A stretch of 28,964 nucleotides of DNA from a virus (Duplodnaviria > Caudoviricetes): the IMG/VR virus record IMGVR_UViG_3300025508_000116, positions 1 to 28,964 of that record, one strand, 5' to 3'. Positions within the stretch are counted from its first letter, which is position 1, and every line of letters begins with the position of its first letter. Below the pieces are notes generated by a model. It saw only the letters and a program-made list of their open reading frames with translations, was not told the DNA's origin and made no database searches. Of this stretch, positions 8,207-15,737 are shown one piece after another. A program made the position numbers and the translations under genes.

Positions 8207-8732
8207 TCCTTTTCGTGTGATTGTATTGTATCCTCGGCGGGAAACCAACACGTGTATAACCCTTAGGTTGTAGGGGGGAGGCAGGGGCCATGGCACCTAG
8301 GTACGTACGTATATACCACCAATGACAGCGGGGGGTATTTTAAACTTGTTAACAGGGGAGTGAATTATAGCTAAATAGGCCTTATTTAAAAGAACAAGCG
8401 TTCAATTAATGGGAAATGTGAGTAAATTAAGTTAGAGGCTCTGTAAGGGGCCTTAGAATGCCTTTACGATCTTTCGGGGGTAGCCCTAGCCTAGCACTTA
8501 GAGGTACCCCTGTGAGCCTCCTGAGGATCGCTGTGAGGATACTTCTAGATATGGAGGGTAAATCTTAGGGGTTTGGCGGGGGAAAGCACTCAGTTATTAG
8601 GAGAGGTGGTCTGAAAGGTAAAATTGGCTAGGTTTTATTACCAATTAGGGGGATTTGGAAAGAAATGTTAGTTTAAGGTGTGACACGTTGTCGCACTTAG
8701 TGACTTTTTTACCACTCTTGTAAATATTTAGC

Positions 8733-8761
8733 TTGACAAAAGGACCAAAATGCGGTATAAC
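8733..8761 (+). promoter_or_regulatory. Sigma70-type rightward promoter
   Basis: TTGACA-N17-TATAAC with an AT-rich upstream region. Confidence 0.8.
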
Positions 8762-8773
8762 TCCCTTTAGGGA

Positions 8774-9020
8774 ACTTAAAGAGACTACTTAAAGTTTAAA
8801 CTCTAAGGTTTTAATATTACTAAGTATATAAAGATAATAAAGAACTTAAAGAGATAACTTAAAGCTTAAACTTAAAGTACTGCTAAGAGATTTTATTACT
8901 TATCTGGTTCATAAGAGATGATAAGAACTTAAAGTTGAAACTTAAAGTACTGACTCTAGTCCTGTTCTTACCTTTGTCGTATAAAAATAATAATGAGCTT
9001 AGAGTTTAAACTTTAAGTAG
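8774..9020. repeat. ACTTAAAG repeat field with a perfect 23-bp inverted repeat (8785-8807 / 8998-9020)
   Basis: ACTTAAAG at 8774, 8787, 8844, 8857, 8870, 8927 and 8940, plus a reverse copy at 9011. CTACTTAAAGTTTAAACTCTAAG recurs as its exact reverse complement. Confidence 0.85.
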
Positions 9021-9071
9021 GGGGCTTATAGGGCTAAGTCTAGTTTCTTCTGTCGTCCCCCTTATTTTATG

Positions 9072-9100
9072 TTGACTTCCAAACCTTAATGAGTATAACT
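9072..9100 (+). promoter_or_regulatory. Rightward promoter for the lysis/late arm
   Basis: TTGACT-N16-TATAAC, the same motif as 21963-21990. Confidence 0.7.
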
Positions 9101-9102
9101 TC

Positions 9103-9345
9103 ATGAAAACCCCACAAAGCGACATGATACTTGAAGAAGTCTATGAGGCTCTTATCTCAGATAAGATTCATAACTTTGATCACATGCATATCCCCCGTTC
9201 AGATGTCTTCTACGCTAGAAATGCGTACTACAATTACTCAGGTGACTGGGTAGACCTTGATCGAATGGAGAGATGTATGTATCTTGAAGGTATGCTGAAG
9301 GCTAGTGACGTCAAGGACCCTAAACGAAAGAGAGACTGGGAATGA
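9103..9345 (+). CDS. Hypothetical protein
   Basis: 80-aa ORF coupled (ATGA) to the endolysin. No SD; it starts right after the promoter and is possibly leaderless or starts at Met8. Confidence 0.7.
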   Translation: MKTPQSDMILEEVYEALISDKIHNFDHMHIPRSDVFYARNAYYNYSGDWVDLDRMERCMYLEGMLKASDVKDPKRKRDWE

Positions 9346-9725
9346 GCTACACACTCGGAAAAAGAAGTTTGAAGAACTTGAGTGGTGTGCATCCTGATCT
9401 CTATGCTGTGGTCAAACGTGCTATCTCTTTTACTGATCAAGACTTTACTGTGATTGAGGGACTTCGTACTATTGAACGACAGAGGCAGTTGGTGAAGAAG
9501 GGTTTCTCCAAGACGATGAACTCCCGTCATATCACTGGTCATGCTGTTGATGTCGTACCCTATCCTATTGCACACCGTCTTAGCTATCCAGACTTCCAGT
9601 GGAAGAACGTAGCTGATGCTATGCTTGATGCTGCCAGTGACCTCAAGGTAGACCTTGAATGGGGTTACGCTAAGTGGGGGTGGGATAAGCCACACTACCA
9701 GCTAGCTTGGCGGAGCTACAAGTAA
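9342..9725 (+). CDS. Endolysin, peptidase M15 (L-Ala-D-Glu peptidase type)
   Basis: GVHPDL, IEGLRT..RQ, SRHITGHAVD and WG..W..DKPHYQL motifs. Confidence 0.9.
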   Translation: MSYTLGKRSLKNLSGVHPDLYAVVKRAISFTDQDFTVIEGLRTIERQRQLVKKGFSKTMNSRHITGHAVDVVPYPIAHRLSYPDFQWKNVADAMLDAASDLKVDLEWGYAKWGWDKPHYQLAWRSYK

Positions 9726-9967
9726 TGACTGATAGCGATGACCTAAAAAGGCGGGTAACTGGTGTTGAGGCTTCTATCGGTCACCATGTAACACGATTAA
9801 ATTTATTGGAAGTAGCGGTGGCTTCAGAACGAGTTAGAAGTGACAATATTGCTACTGACCTATTAGATATTAAAGATACATTGAAGTGGCTTGTGAGGCT
9901 TATTATCTCTGCCTTAATACTGGCTGCTATCGGCTTTGCTCTTGGTGGAGGGTTCGTCCTTGGGTAA
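9725..9967 (+). CDS. Holin-like protein (coiled coil plus C-terminal TM; XhlA-like architecture)
   Basis: ATG 9725 is TAATG-coupled to the endolysin; KWLVRLIISALILAAIGFALGGG TM helix. Confidence 0.6.
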   Translation: MTDSDDLKRRVTGVEASIGHHVTRLNLLEVAVASERVRSDNIATDLLDIKDTLKWLVRLIISALILAAIGFALGGGFVLG

Positions 9968-10394
9968 GCATAATCTGGTCTTAGGGTGGTCACTTCTTCT
10001 GATTGTATCCCTTATCAACTTCATTCCTTACTTCTCAGAGTGGAACCAAACTCAACCTTATACGAAGGTCAAACGAGTGCATGTTGACTGGGAAGGCCTA
10101 ACTGGGCTAGAGATTATCTATACCTTCTATAAAGTAGGAGAGTGTGAGCTTAAAAACTTCGCAGTAGTAGGGTTTAATAAAGGTGTACCTAGCTACCTTA
10201 ATTATACTGATCTGGATAAGTCTGTACCCTTCAATCGTGAAGAGGGTGACCAAGCACTACAGATTTCTATTGACCTAGAGGGTAAGTACTACGACAAGGT
10301 AGAGATTAGGACTACACACCTTTGTACCTTCCCCGAGAAGGAGCCAGAACTTGTCAACCGAATCTTCACCACCATCTACCAAGAAAACTTTTAA
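9960..10394 (+). CDS. N-terminally anchored periplasmic protein in the lysis cassette (antiholin-like?)
   Basis: TTG 9960 with SD GGAGG; one N-terminal TM followed by a beta-rich domain with two Cys. Confidence 0.55.
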   Translation: MGKHNLVLGWSLLLIVSLINFIPYFSEWNQTQPYTKVKRVHVDWEGLTGLEIIYTFYKVGECELKNFAVVGFNKGVPSYLNYTDLDKSVPFNREEGDQALQISIDLEGKYYDKVEIRTTHLCTFPEKEPELVNRIFTTIYQENF

Positions 10395-10653
10395 GAGGGA
10401 AGTAGCTCTATTACTCTTCATCTTCCTTGCATATGTCGTGGAGACTAAAGATGTTGAGATTGTCGAAGCCCTTGTATGGCCTACCTTTACCTTTGCTGCA
10501 CTTGCCTACGGTATGGACTGGTTTGGTAAGTCTGGTTCTAATACTCCTCTTGGCGGGATGTGGGGCAAGTCCTCTCAGTCTCCTGACCGGAGGGGGTCCG
10601 AACGTAGCGGCGAACACTCAAGTGGGGAAGGAGAATACCCAGACGATAGGTAA
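10351..10653 (+). CDS. Two-TM membrane protein (holin candidate)
   Basis: TTG start with SD AAGGAG; two hydrophobic segments and a charged C-tail. Confidence 0.55.
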   Translation: MSTESSPPSTKKTFKREVALLLFIFLAYVVETKDVEIVEALVWPTFTFAALAYGMDWFGKSGSNTPLGGMWGKSSQSPDRRGSERSGEHSSGEGEYPDDR

Positions 10654-10891
10654 CTCTACCCAGCAAAAATTTGGGGAAAATAAAATTGTCTTAGTCTCTG
10701 CTCCATCTGGTGAAGGTGTTGATGTAAGTCTAAGGCCACCTAGTAGGACCCCAGAGATTAAGCAGGTACAGAACGAGACTAACTACGAACTACCTACTTG
10801 GGTCTGGATTATCGCAATCCTACTTTTTATTATCGGATGGACAACTGATACCCCCGGTACAATTCTAAAGAACTTTAAGAGGAAGAAATAA
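10523..10891 (+). CDS. Probable unimolecular spanin (lipoprotein with C-terminal TM)
   Basis: TTG 10523 gives MVSLVLILLLAGC (lipobox LAGC, Cys codon 10559). C-terminal TM WVWIIAILLFIIGW followed by a basic tail. Confidence 0.7.
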   Translation: MVSLVLILLLAGCGASPLSLLTGGGPNVAANTQVGKENTQTIGNSTQQKFGENKIVLVSAPSGEGVDVSLRPPSRTPEIKQVQNETNYELPTWVWIIAILLFIIGWTTDTPGTILKNFKRKK

Positions 10892-11148
10892 TGCCTAGCT
10901 CGAAGTCGTATAAAAGAGACTACAAGCAAGAAGGTAAGTACCACGCTACTGCTGACCAGAAGAAGAAACGTGCTTCTCGTAATGCTGCTCGGGCTAAGCT
11001 TAAGAAGGCTGGAGTAGCTGTAGCTGGTAAGGATGTAGATCATAAAAATGGGAACGCCAAGGACAACAAGAAGTCTAATCTTCGTGTGCAGTCTAAGGCT
11101 AAGAACCGGAGCTTTCCTCGTACTAAGACTGCAGGTAAAAAGAAATGA
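10891..11148 (+). CDS. Small basic HNH endonuclease
   Basis: KDVDHKNGN..DN..SNLRV....NR motif. Confidence 0.75.
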   Translation: MPSSKSYKRDYKQEGKYHATADQKKKRASRNAARAKLKKAGVAVAGKDVDHKNGNAKDNKKSNLRVQSKAKNRSFPRTKTAGKKK

Positions 11149-11429
11149 AAAAAGATGCTAAGCTAGCCAAAGCAGGGGTCAGTGGGTACAACAAGCCTAA
11201 GCGTACTCCAGACCATCCTAAGAAGTCTCACGTTGTTGTGGCTAAAGAAGGTGACAAGACTAAGACTATCCGCTTTGGTGAACAAGGCGCTAAGACTGCA
11301 GGTAAGCCTAAAGCTGGTGAGTCTGACAAGATGAAGAAAAAGCGGGCTAGCTTTAAGGCTCGTCATGGTAAGAATATTGCCAAGGGAAAGATGTCAGCAG
11401 CCTACTGGTCGGATAAAATTAAGTGGTGA
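11145..11429 (+). CDS. Small, highly basic phage protein
   Basis: KTIRFGEQG...RASFKARH...SAAYWSDKIKW; ATGA-coupled. Confidence 0.75.
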   Translation: MKKDAKLAKAGVSGYNKPKRTPDHPKKSHVVVAKEGDKTKTIRFGEQGAKTAGKPKAGESDKMKKKRASFKARHGKNIAKGKMSAAYWSDKIKW

Positions 11430-11908
11430 AGAAACTTAAAAGTGGCAAGTTTGCTAAAGACTGCCCTGAGTGTGGAAAACAACAAGCGTACCTACGAAAG
11501 TGCTACGCGGTAGAGTCAGAGAAATTAGGTAAACGATGCAGAGCTTGCTCTAACCGAGACCCAGAGAACAACGGACACAAGGGTTACTACAAGGGAGTAT
11601 TGCGTAAGTCTTTTGCACATAAATATAAGATTGGTGCAGAGACAAGAGGTATAGACTTCACAGTGTCTTTTGAGTATCTAGCTGACCTACTTATCAAACA
11701 AGATTTTGAGTGTGCTCTCTCCGGTATCAGTCTCGACGCAATGAGATTGAATAACAACGCCTCCCTTGATAGGATTGATAGCTATTTAGGTTACATAGAA
11801 GGCAATGTACAGTGGGTTACGTCTGAGGTGAATATGATGAAACAATCCTATAGCCAAGAAAGGTTTATTGAAGTGTGTAAAGCTGTGGCAGATAAGGCTA
11901 AGTGGTAA
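11423..11908 (+). CDS. Free-standing HNH-type homing endonuclease with N-terminal Zn finger
   Basis: CPEC/CRAC; C ALSG; SLDRIDS..GY..GNVQWV...NMMK. Confidence 0.8.
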   Translation: MVKKLKSGKFAKDCPECGKQQAYLRKCYAVESEKLGKRCRACSNRDPENNGHKGYYKGVLRKSFAHKYKIGAETRGIDFTVSFEYLADLLIKQDFECALSGISLDAMRLNNNASLDRIDSYLGYIEGNVQWVTSEVNMMKQSYSQERFIEVCKAVADKAKW

Positions 11909-12279
11909 TGGAGAATCATCATCACCCTAAGTCTCGTAATACTGGTGCTCTTGTAGCTTCTACTGCTACTGGGGCTAGTGGTACTGTACTCTATACCTGT
12001 CCAGCTAAGAACAAGGGTGAGGTACATCTTCTTACCATCTCTAATCCTAAGACAGTGTCCATCAGCGTAACGGTAGAAGTCTATAACTCCCAAGCTGGTG
12101 ATTACTATAAGGTAGTAGATACATTTGGTGTTGAACCTAACTCTATTCTTTATGTCGTCAACAACGAAGATAAGATATTCCTAAACCCCACAGACAAGAT
12201 TATAGTTAGCGCCTCTATCGGCAGTAACCTCACTTCCTATATTGCTGTCAGGGAAACCTACGGGGAGGCACTAGCTTAA
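11908..12279 (+). CDS. Putative virion structural protein (beta-rich)
   Basis: ATG 11908 (TAATG coupling); LYTCPA motif and a beta-strand pattern. Confidence 0.6.
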   Translation: MENHHHPKSRNTGALVASTATGASGTVLYTCPAKNKGEVHLLTISNPKTVSISVTVEVYNSQAGDYYKVVDTFGVEPNSILYVVNNEDKIFLNPTDKIIVSASIGSNLTSYIAVRETYGEALA

Positions 12280-12470
12280 TGTCTGACTATTTTATAGGTG
12301 GTAGGGTTACTGGTGTTGACTTAAGCAAACTCAGTATCCAAGATGCTGCTGCACTGAAACAAACTGAACTACTCTTTGATATGAGGTCTGAGTTCAGGAA
12401 AATGAATTTTCTACTGGAGTTAATCTCTGGGGTAGAAATAGATAAGGAATCTTTCGATGGCGATAATTGA
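12279..12470 (+). CDS. Small hypothetical protein
   Basis: TAATG coupling; SD GGAGG. Confidence 0.6.
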   Translation: MSDYFIGGRVTGVDLSKLSIQDAAALKQTELLFDMRSEFRKMNFLLELISGVEIDKESFDGDN

Positions 12471-13008
12471 AGACGGCACTGGCGCTGGCTACACAACTAA
12501 AGTAGACAGTAATAACCGACTCTATGTAACTGCAATTACGCAGACTGCTGAGCATTTCTCAAATACTATTAATGGTCAGGCTTACCACATCGTAGTAGAA
12601 GAAACTGCTACTGGGACCAATGATGTTATTTTCTACTTGCAGAACACCAGCGTAGAAAACAACCTTATTATCGAGGGTTTTGATTACCGTGTAGCTTCTG
12701 CAGAAACTCTGGAAGTTTACCGTAATCCAACTGGCACTACAGTAGGTGGGACGACAGTTCTTCCAGTAAATGCCAATACCTCTTCTGCTAGGACCCTCTC
12801 TGCTACTGTGGAAAGTGGATCAGATATCACAGGACTGACTAACGGACAACTGATTGACCGAATCTTCCTGACTTCTACAGAAACAACTAACTTCAACTTT
12901 AATGTTGACTTTGTTATCGCCCCGGGTGGTTCTTTCTCACTTCGGGCAGTTACAGGCTCTGTTCAAGTTAATCTTACAATTCAATGCTATGAAGAGGTTA
13001 CAATATAA
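12457..13008 (+). CDS. Putative virion structural protein (beta-rich; paralog of 13008..13601)
   Basis: Thr/Val/Asn-rich; PVN.N.SS motif shared with the next gene; SD AAGGA. Confidence 0.65.
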   Translation: MAIIEDGTGAGYTTKVDSNNRLYVTAITQTAEHFSNTINGQAYHIVVEETATGTNDVIFYLQNTSVENNLIIEGFDYRVASAETLEVYRNPTGTTVGGTTVLPVNANTSSARTLSATVESGSDITGLTNGQLIDRIFLTSTETTNFNFNVDFVIAPGGSFSLRAVTGSVQVNLTIQCYEEVTI

Positions 13009-13601
13009 TGGCTGGCGTAACACTTAAGAATCCTTCAGACGGTAAGCAAGCTCTTATCTCTAACGATAATCAACTCTTGGTTCAGTCCGAGAGCCTCTCC
13101 CTCCAGCACTTTATTAGTCGCTACCGTGGACAGATGTACCAAGCTCAGTTCTTTGATGCTGGTCTTACCTCTGGCACTAATGTGGTTGGTCATCTCAAAA
13201 ACAATAGCCCAACACTTAGTCTGGTCCTCGCGTACCTTCGGGTTCAAGTTCCAGTCGTAGCTGGAGGTACTGCTATTGGAAGTAATACTGCTAACTACTG
13301 GACTTTCAGCTTTGAAAAGGTTTATGCTTCAGGTGGTTCTGCAATTACTCCAGTCAATATGAACAGGTCAAGTGGTAACTCTGCAGACATAACTGCTTAT
13401 GATACTAATCCTACACTGACGGGTACTGGAACAGAGTTCGACCGTATGTATGTAGACAGCAATAGTCAGCTATCCTACCGCAAGGAGGGTTCTATTATCC
13501 TCGGGCCTAATGACACAATGGATATGACCTTTATCACGGATAACACTTCTGGTACTGCCTATTGCCGAATCTCCTTTATGCTTATAGATTTGAATAACTA
13601 A
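13008..13601 (+). CDS. Putative virion structural protein (beta-rich)
   Basis: TAATG coupling; PVNMNRSS motif. Confidence 0.65.
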   Translation: MAGVTLKNPSDGKQALISNDNQLLVQSESLSLQHFISRYRGQMYQAQFFDAGLTSGTNVVGHLKNNSPTLSLVLAYLRVQVPVVAGGTAIGSNTANYWTFSFEKVYASGGSAITPVNMNRSSGNSADITAYDTNPTLTGTGTEFDRMYVDSNSQLSYRKEGSIILGPNDTMDMTFITDNTSGTAYCRISFMLIDLNN

Positions 13602-14083
13602 TGGCTATTGAAACCTACATATCAGATGCACTTAGTGGTCAACATGTAGCTATTAAGGATGTCTACCTACCAGAGGCACTAAACAGGTTTACCTTGAACT
13701 GTCTTACAACTGTAGGGCCTTTCGACTTTGTCGCCCAGTTTAAAGCTGTACAGAGGGCTTCTTCTGGTACTAGTATTGTAGCTGAGGCACCCCTAAATGG
13801 GGGTCTTATTATTACTGACCTAGTTCTTACTGCAGATCGAGTTAATGGTGCTACAACTACCCTGACACTTACTGATGGAACTAACTCAGTAAATATCTTT
13901 GGTCCTGCTGTACTAACTGACGCTCCTATTACTTTCTCCGCTAACTTTGGTGGACGTGTGCGTGGGTGGCGAGATGCTCGTCTTGAGCTAGTTACTACAG
14001 GTGCAGTGAGTTGTGCTGTCACTGTTGGCTACGTAAAAACACCTGAGGCTCTCAACTACTCTGCTTGGGACGAACTCCGTTAA
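13601..14083 (+). CDS. Putative virion structural protein (beta-rich)
   Basis: TAATG coupling; jelly-roll-like alternating strands. Confidence 0.6.
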   Translation: MAIETYISDALSGQHVAIKDVYLPEALNRFTLNCLTTVGPFDFVAQFKAVQRASSGTSIVAEAPLNGGLIITDLVLTADRVNGATTTLTLTDGTNSVNIFGPAVLTDAPITFSANFGGRVRGWRDARLELVTTGAVSCAVTVGYVKTPEALNYSAWDELR

Positions 14084-14097
14084 TTAAGGAATAAACA

Positions 14098-14922
14098 ATG
14101 CCTAATCTAAACAAACACCGTAAGGCTATTACTGAAGCAGGGTACACTCTGAACAAGGATGGCACACAAGTAACAAACAAATCTGGCAAGACAGTTGCAG
14201 GTACTAATGATTCTGGATTCTTTTCTGGTTCTAGCACCTTGACAAAGATCTTCAAAGGTGATACAAAGGCTAAAGGTAAAAAGACAGAATCAAAGCCTGC
14301 TTCTAAGTCCTCCCCCTCAAAGAGCAAACGACCTTCTCCTCGTAGTTCTACTGAAGAGCCGACTATGACTAAAGAGCAGGCACGTAAGTACACCAGTGCT
14401 TCCCCAAATGGGACACCTACCCTAATGTCTCAGGGTGGTAAAAATGCGGAAACTTTCCAACAAGAAGCTCGAAGGACTTCTGAAGCTAAAGGGCCAGAGC
14501 GTCCTAAAGCTGCAAGCACTTCTAAGATGCCTACCTTAGAACAGTACAATGCTATGGGAAGTAAGGAGAAAAAGTTGAAGGGTCTCCCTGCGGACACTTT
14601 CCGTTTTCAACGTATGCTAAAAGCTAATGCGGATAAACTGACCGCACAAAAAAGAGATATGACGAACAAGCAGTCTACCGCAGATATGGTTGGTGAGGGT
14701 AACACGGGGATGGACCTCTCTGCATTTACTGTGGACCTTGACGCAACCGATCCCCGGAATATCCCTAAGGTTGACCTGCCTTCCCGTGAGGTCTGGGAGG
14801 ATATGACTATCGCTAAACGAAAAGAACTAAGGTTGCCGCTTACTACTGCTAAATACAACCGTGCGGTCGACCGCTTGAATAAACAAAAGTCCTTAAGCCA
14901 AATAAGAGCGATAGGGTATTAA
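14098..14922 (+). CDS. Basic low-complexity protein with an internal repeat
   Basis: 274 aa, Lys/Ser/Thr-rich; SD AAGGA. Confidence 0.75.
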   Translation: MPNLNKHRKAITEAGYTLNKDGTQVTNKSGKTVAGTNDSGFFSGSSTLTKIFKGDTKAKGKKTESKPASKSSPSKSKRPSPRSSTEEPTMTKEQARKYTSASPNGTPTLMSQGGKNAETFQQEARRTSEAKGPERPKAASTSKMPTLEQYNAMGSKEKKLKGLPADTFRFQRMLKANADKLTAQKRDMTNKQSTADMVGEGNTGMDLSAFTVDLDATDPRNIPKVDLPSREVWEDMTIAKRKELRLPLTTAKYNRAVDRLNKQKSLSQIRAIGY

Positions 14923-14923
14923 C

Positions 14924-15268
14924 ATGACAGAGAAACAACAGAAGTTCCTAGACGTACTCTTTAATGAAGCCGAAGGTGACTTTGTTAAAGCCAAGAAGCT
15001 TGCTGGCTACAGTGACAACACCCCAACACGGGAAATTGTAGACTCCCTCGAAGATGAGATTGCTAAACTCGTAAAGAAGTTTCTAGCTAACTCTGGGGTT
15101 AAGGCAGCTTACACAATCAACCAGATCGTAGACGACCCTACAATTATTGGTGGCAAAGAACGTCTCTCTGCTGCTAAAGACTTGCTAGATCGCGGGGGTT
15201 ACAAAGCCACTGAAAAAGTAGAAGTGACAGCTAAGGACCCTATTTTTATCCTCCCACCAAAGAGTTAA
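14924..15268 (+). CDS. terS: Terminase small subunit (probable)
   Basis: MTEKQQKF...AKKLAGYS and AAKDLLDRGG are typical TerS motifs; upstream of TerL. Confidence 0.7.
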   Translation: MTEKQQKFLDVLFNEAEGDFVKAKKLAGYSDNTPTREIVDSLEDEIAKLVKKFLANSGVKAAYTINQIVDDPTIIGGKERLSAAKDLLDRGGYKATEKVEVTAKDPIFILPPKS

Positions 15269-15269
15269 T

Positions 15270-15737
15270 ATGTCAAAAAAGCGTAAAGACCTTTTTAGGG
15301 TCGCTGCACCTGATAAGACCGATGTAGGTTATAAATTCTACCCCATTGTTCGTATCGGACGTTTCCTTCCCTTCGGGTACAAAGAAGACCCAGAGGACTC
15401 AATGGTACTCCTACCTGTAGAAGAAGAGTTAATCCTCCTCGAACAGGCCAAGGAGTATCTTAAGAGTTACTCCCTTCGTGATGTTTCGGCTTGGCTATCT
15501 AATAAGTCAGGACGTTACCTCTCTCACGTAGGCCTTAGCCTCAGGGTTAAGTCTGAACAGAAGAGGGCTAAGGAGTCAATCGACTCAAAGAGACTGCTGG
15601 AGCAATTCAGGTCTGCCTATAAGAAGGCCCGTAAGATTGAAGAGTCCCGGGTAGGCCGAAGAACTCCAACGGAGGAAGAACTAGATGACGAACTCTTTGC
15701 CAGCGTCTGCCAAGCCTGCCCCAATAGATGTAAGTAA
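15270..15737 (+). CDS. Putative DNA-binding protein between TerS and TerL
   Basis: PFGY...E...L...SLRDVSAWL...GRYLSHVGL resembles the recombinase-domain HTH. Confidence 0.6.
   Translation: MSKKRKDLFRVAAPDKTDVGYKFYPIVRIGRFLPFGYKEDPEDSMVLLPVEEELILLEQAKEYLKSYSLRDVSAWLSNKSGRYLSHVGLSLRVKSEQKRAKESIDSKRLLEQFRSAYKKARKIEESRVGRRTPTEEELDDELFASVCQACPNRCK

Noticed and set aside
7446-8296. ORFs 7446..7646, 7656..7913, 7963..8163 and 8015..8296
   Set aside because: No clear SD, atypical composition, and overlap with regulatory repeats; likely spurious.
8150-8950. CtrA boxes (TTAA-N7-TTAA)
   Set aside because: There are many TTAA half-sites, but the spacings I checked are not 7 bp; only half-site matches such as 8349-8353 are present.
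8774-9020. CRISPR array or MITE interpretation of the repeat field
   Set aside because: The repeats are 8-13 bp with no unique ~30-bp spacers. No target-site duplication or transposase is evident, and one repeat copy lies outside the inverted repeat.
6985-9100. tRNA genes in the intergenic region
   Set aside because: No cloverleaf with a T-loop GTTCRA and matching acceptor stem was recognised; the GTTC motifs are in direct-repeat operator spacing.
11423-11908. Group I intron around the HNH gene
   Set aside because: The ORF fills the whole insert, leaving no room for a ribozyme core, and the upstream gene has its own intact stop.
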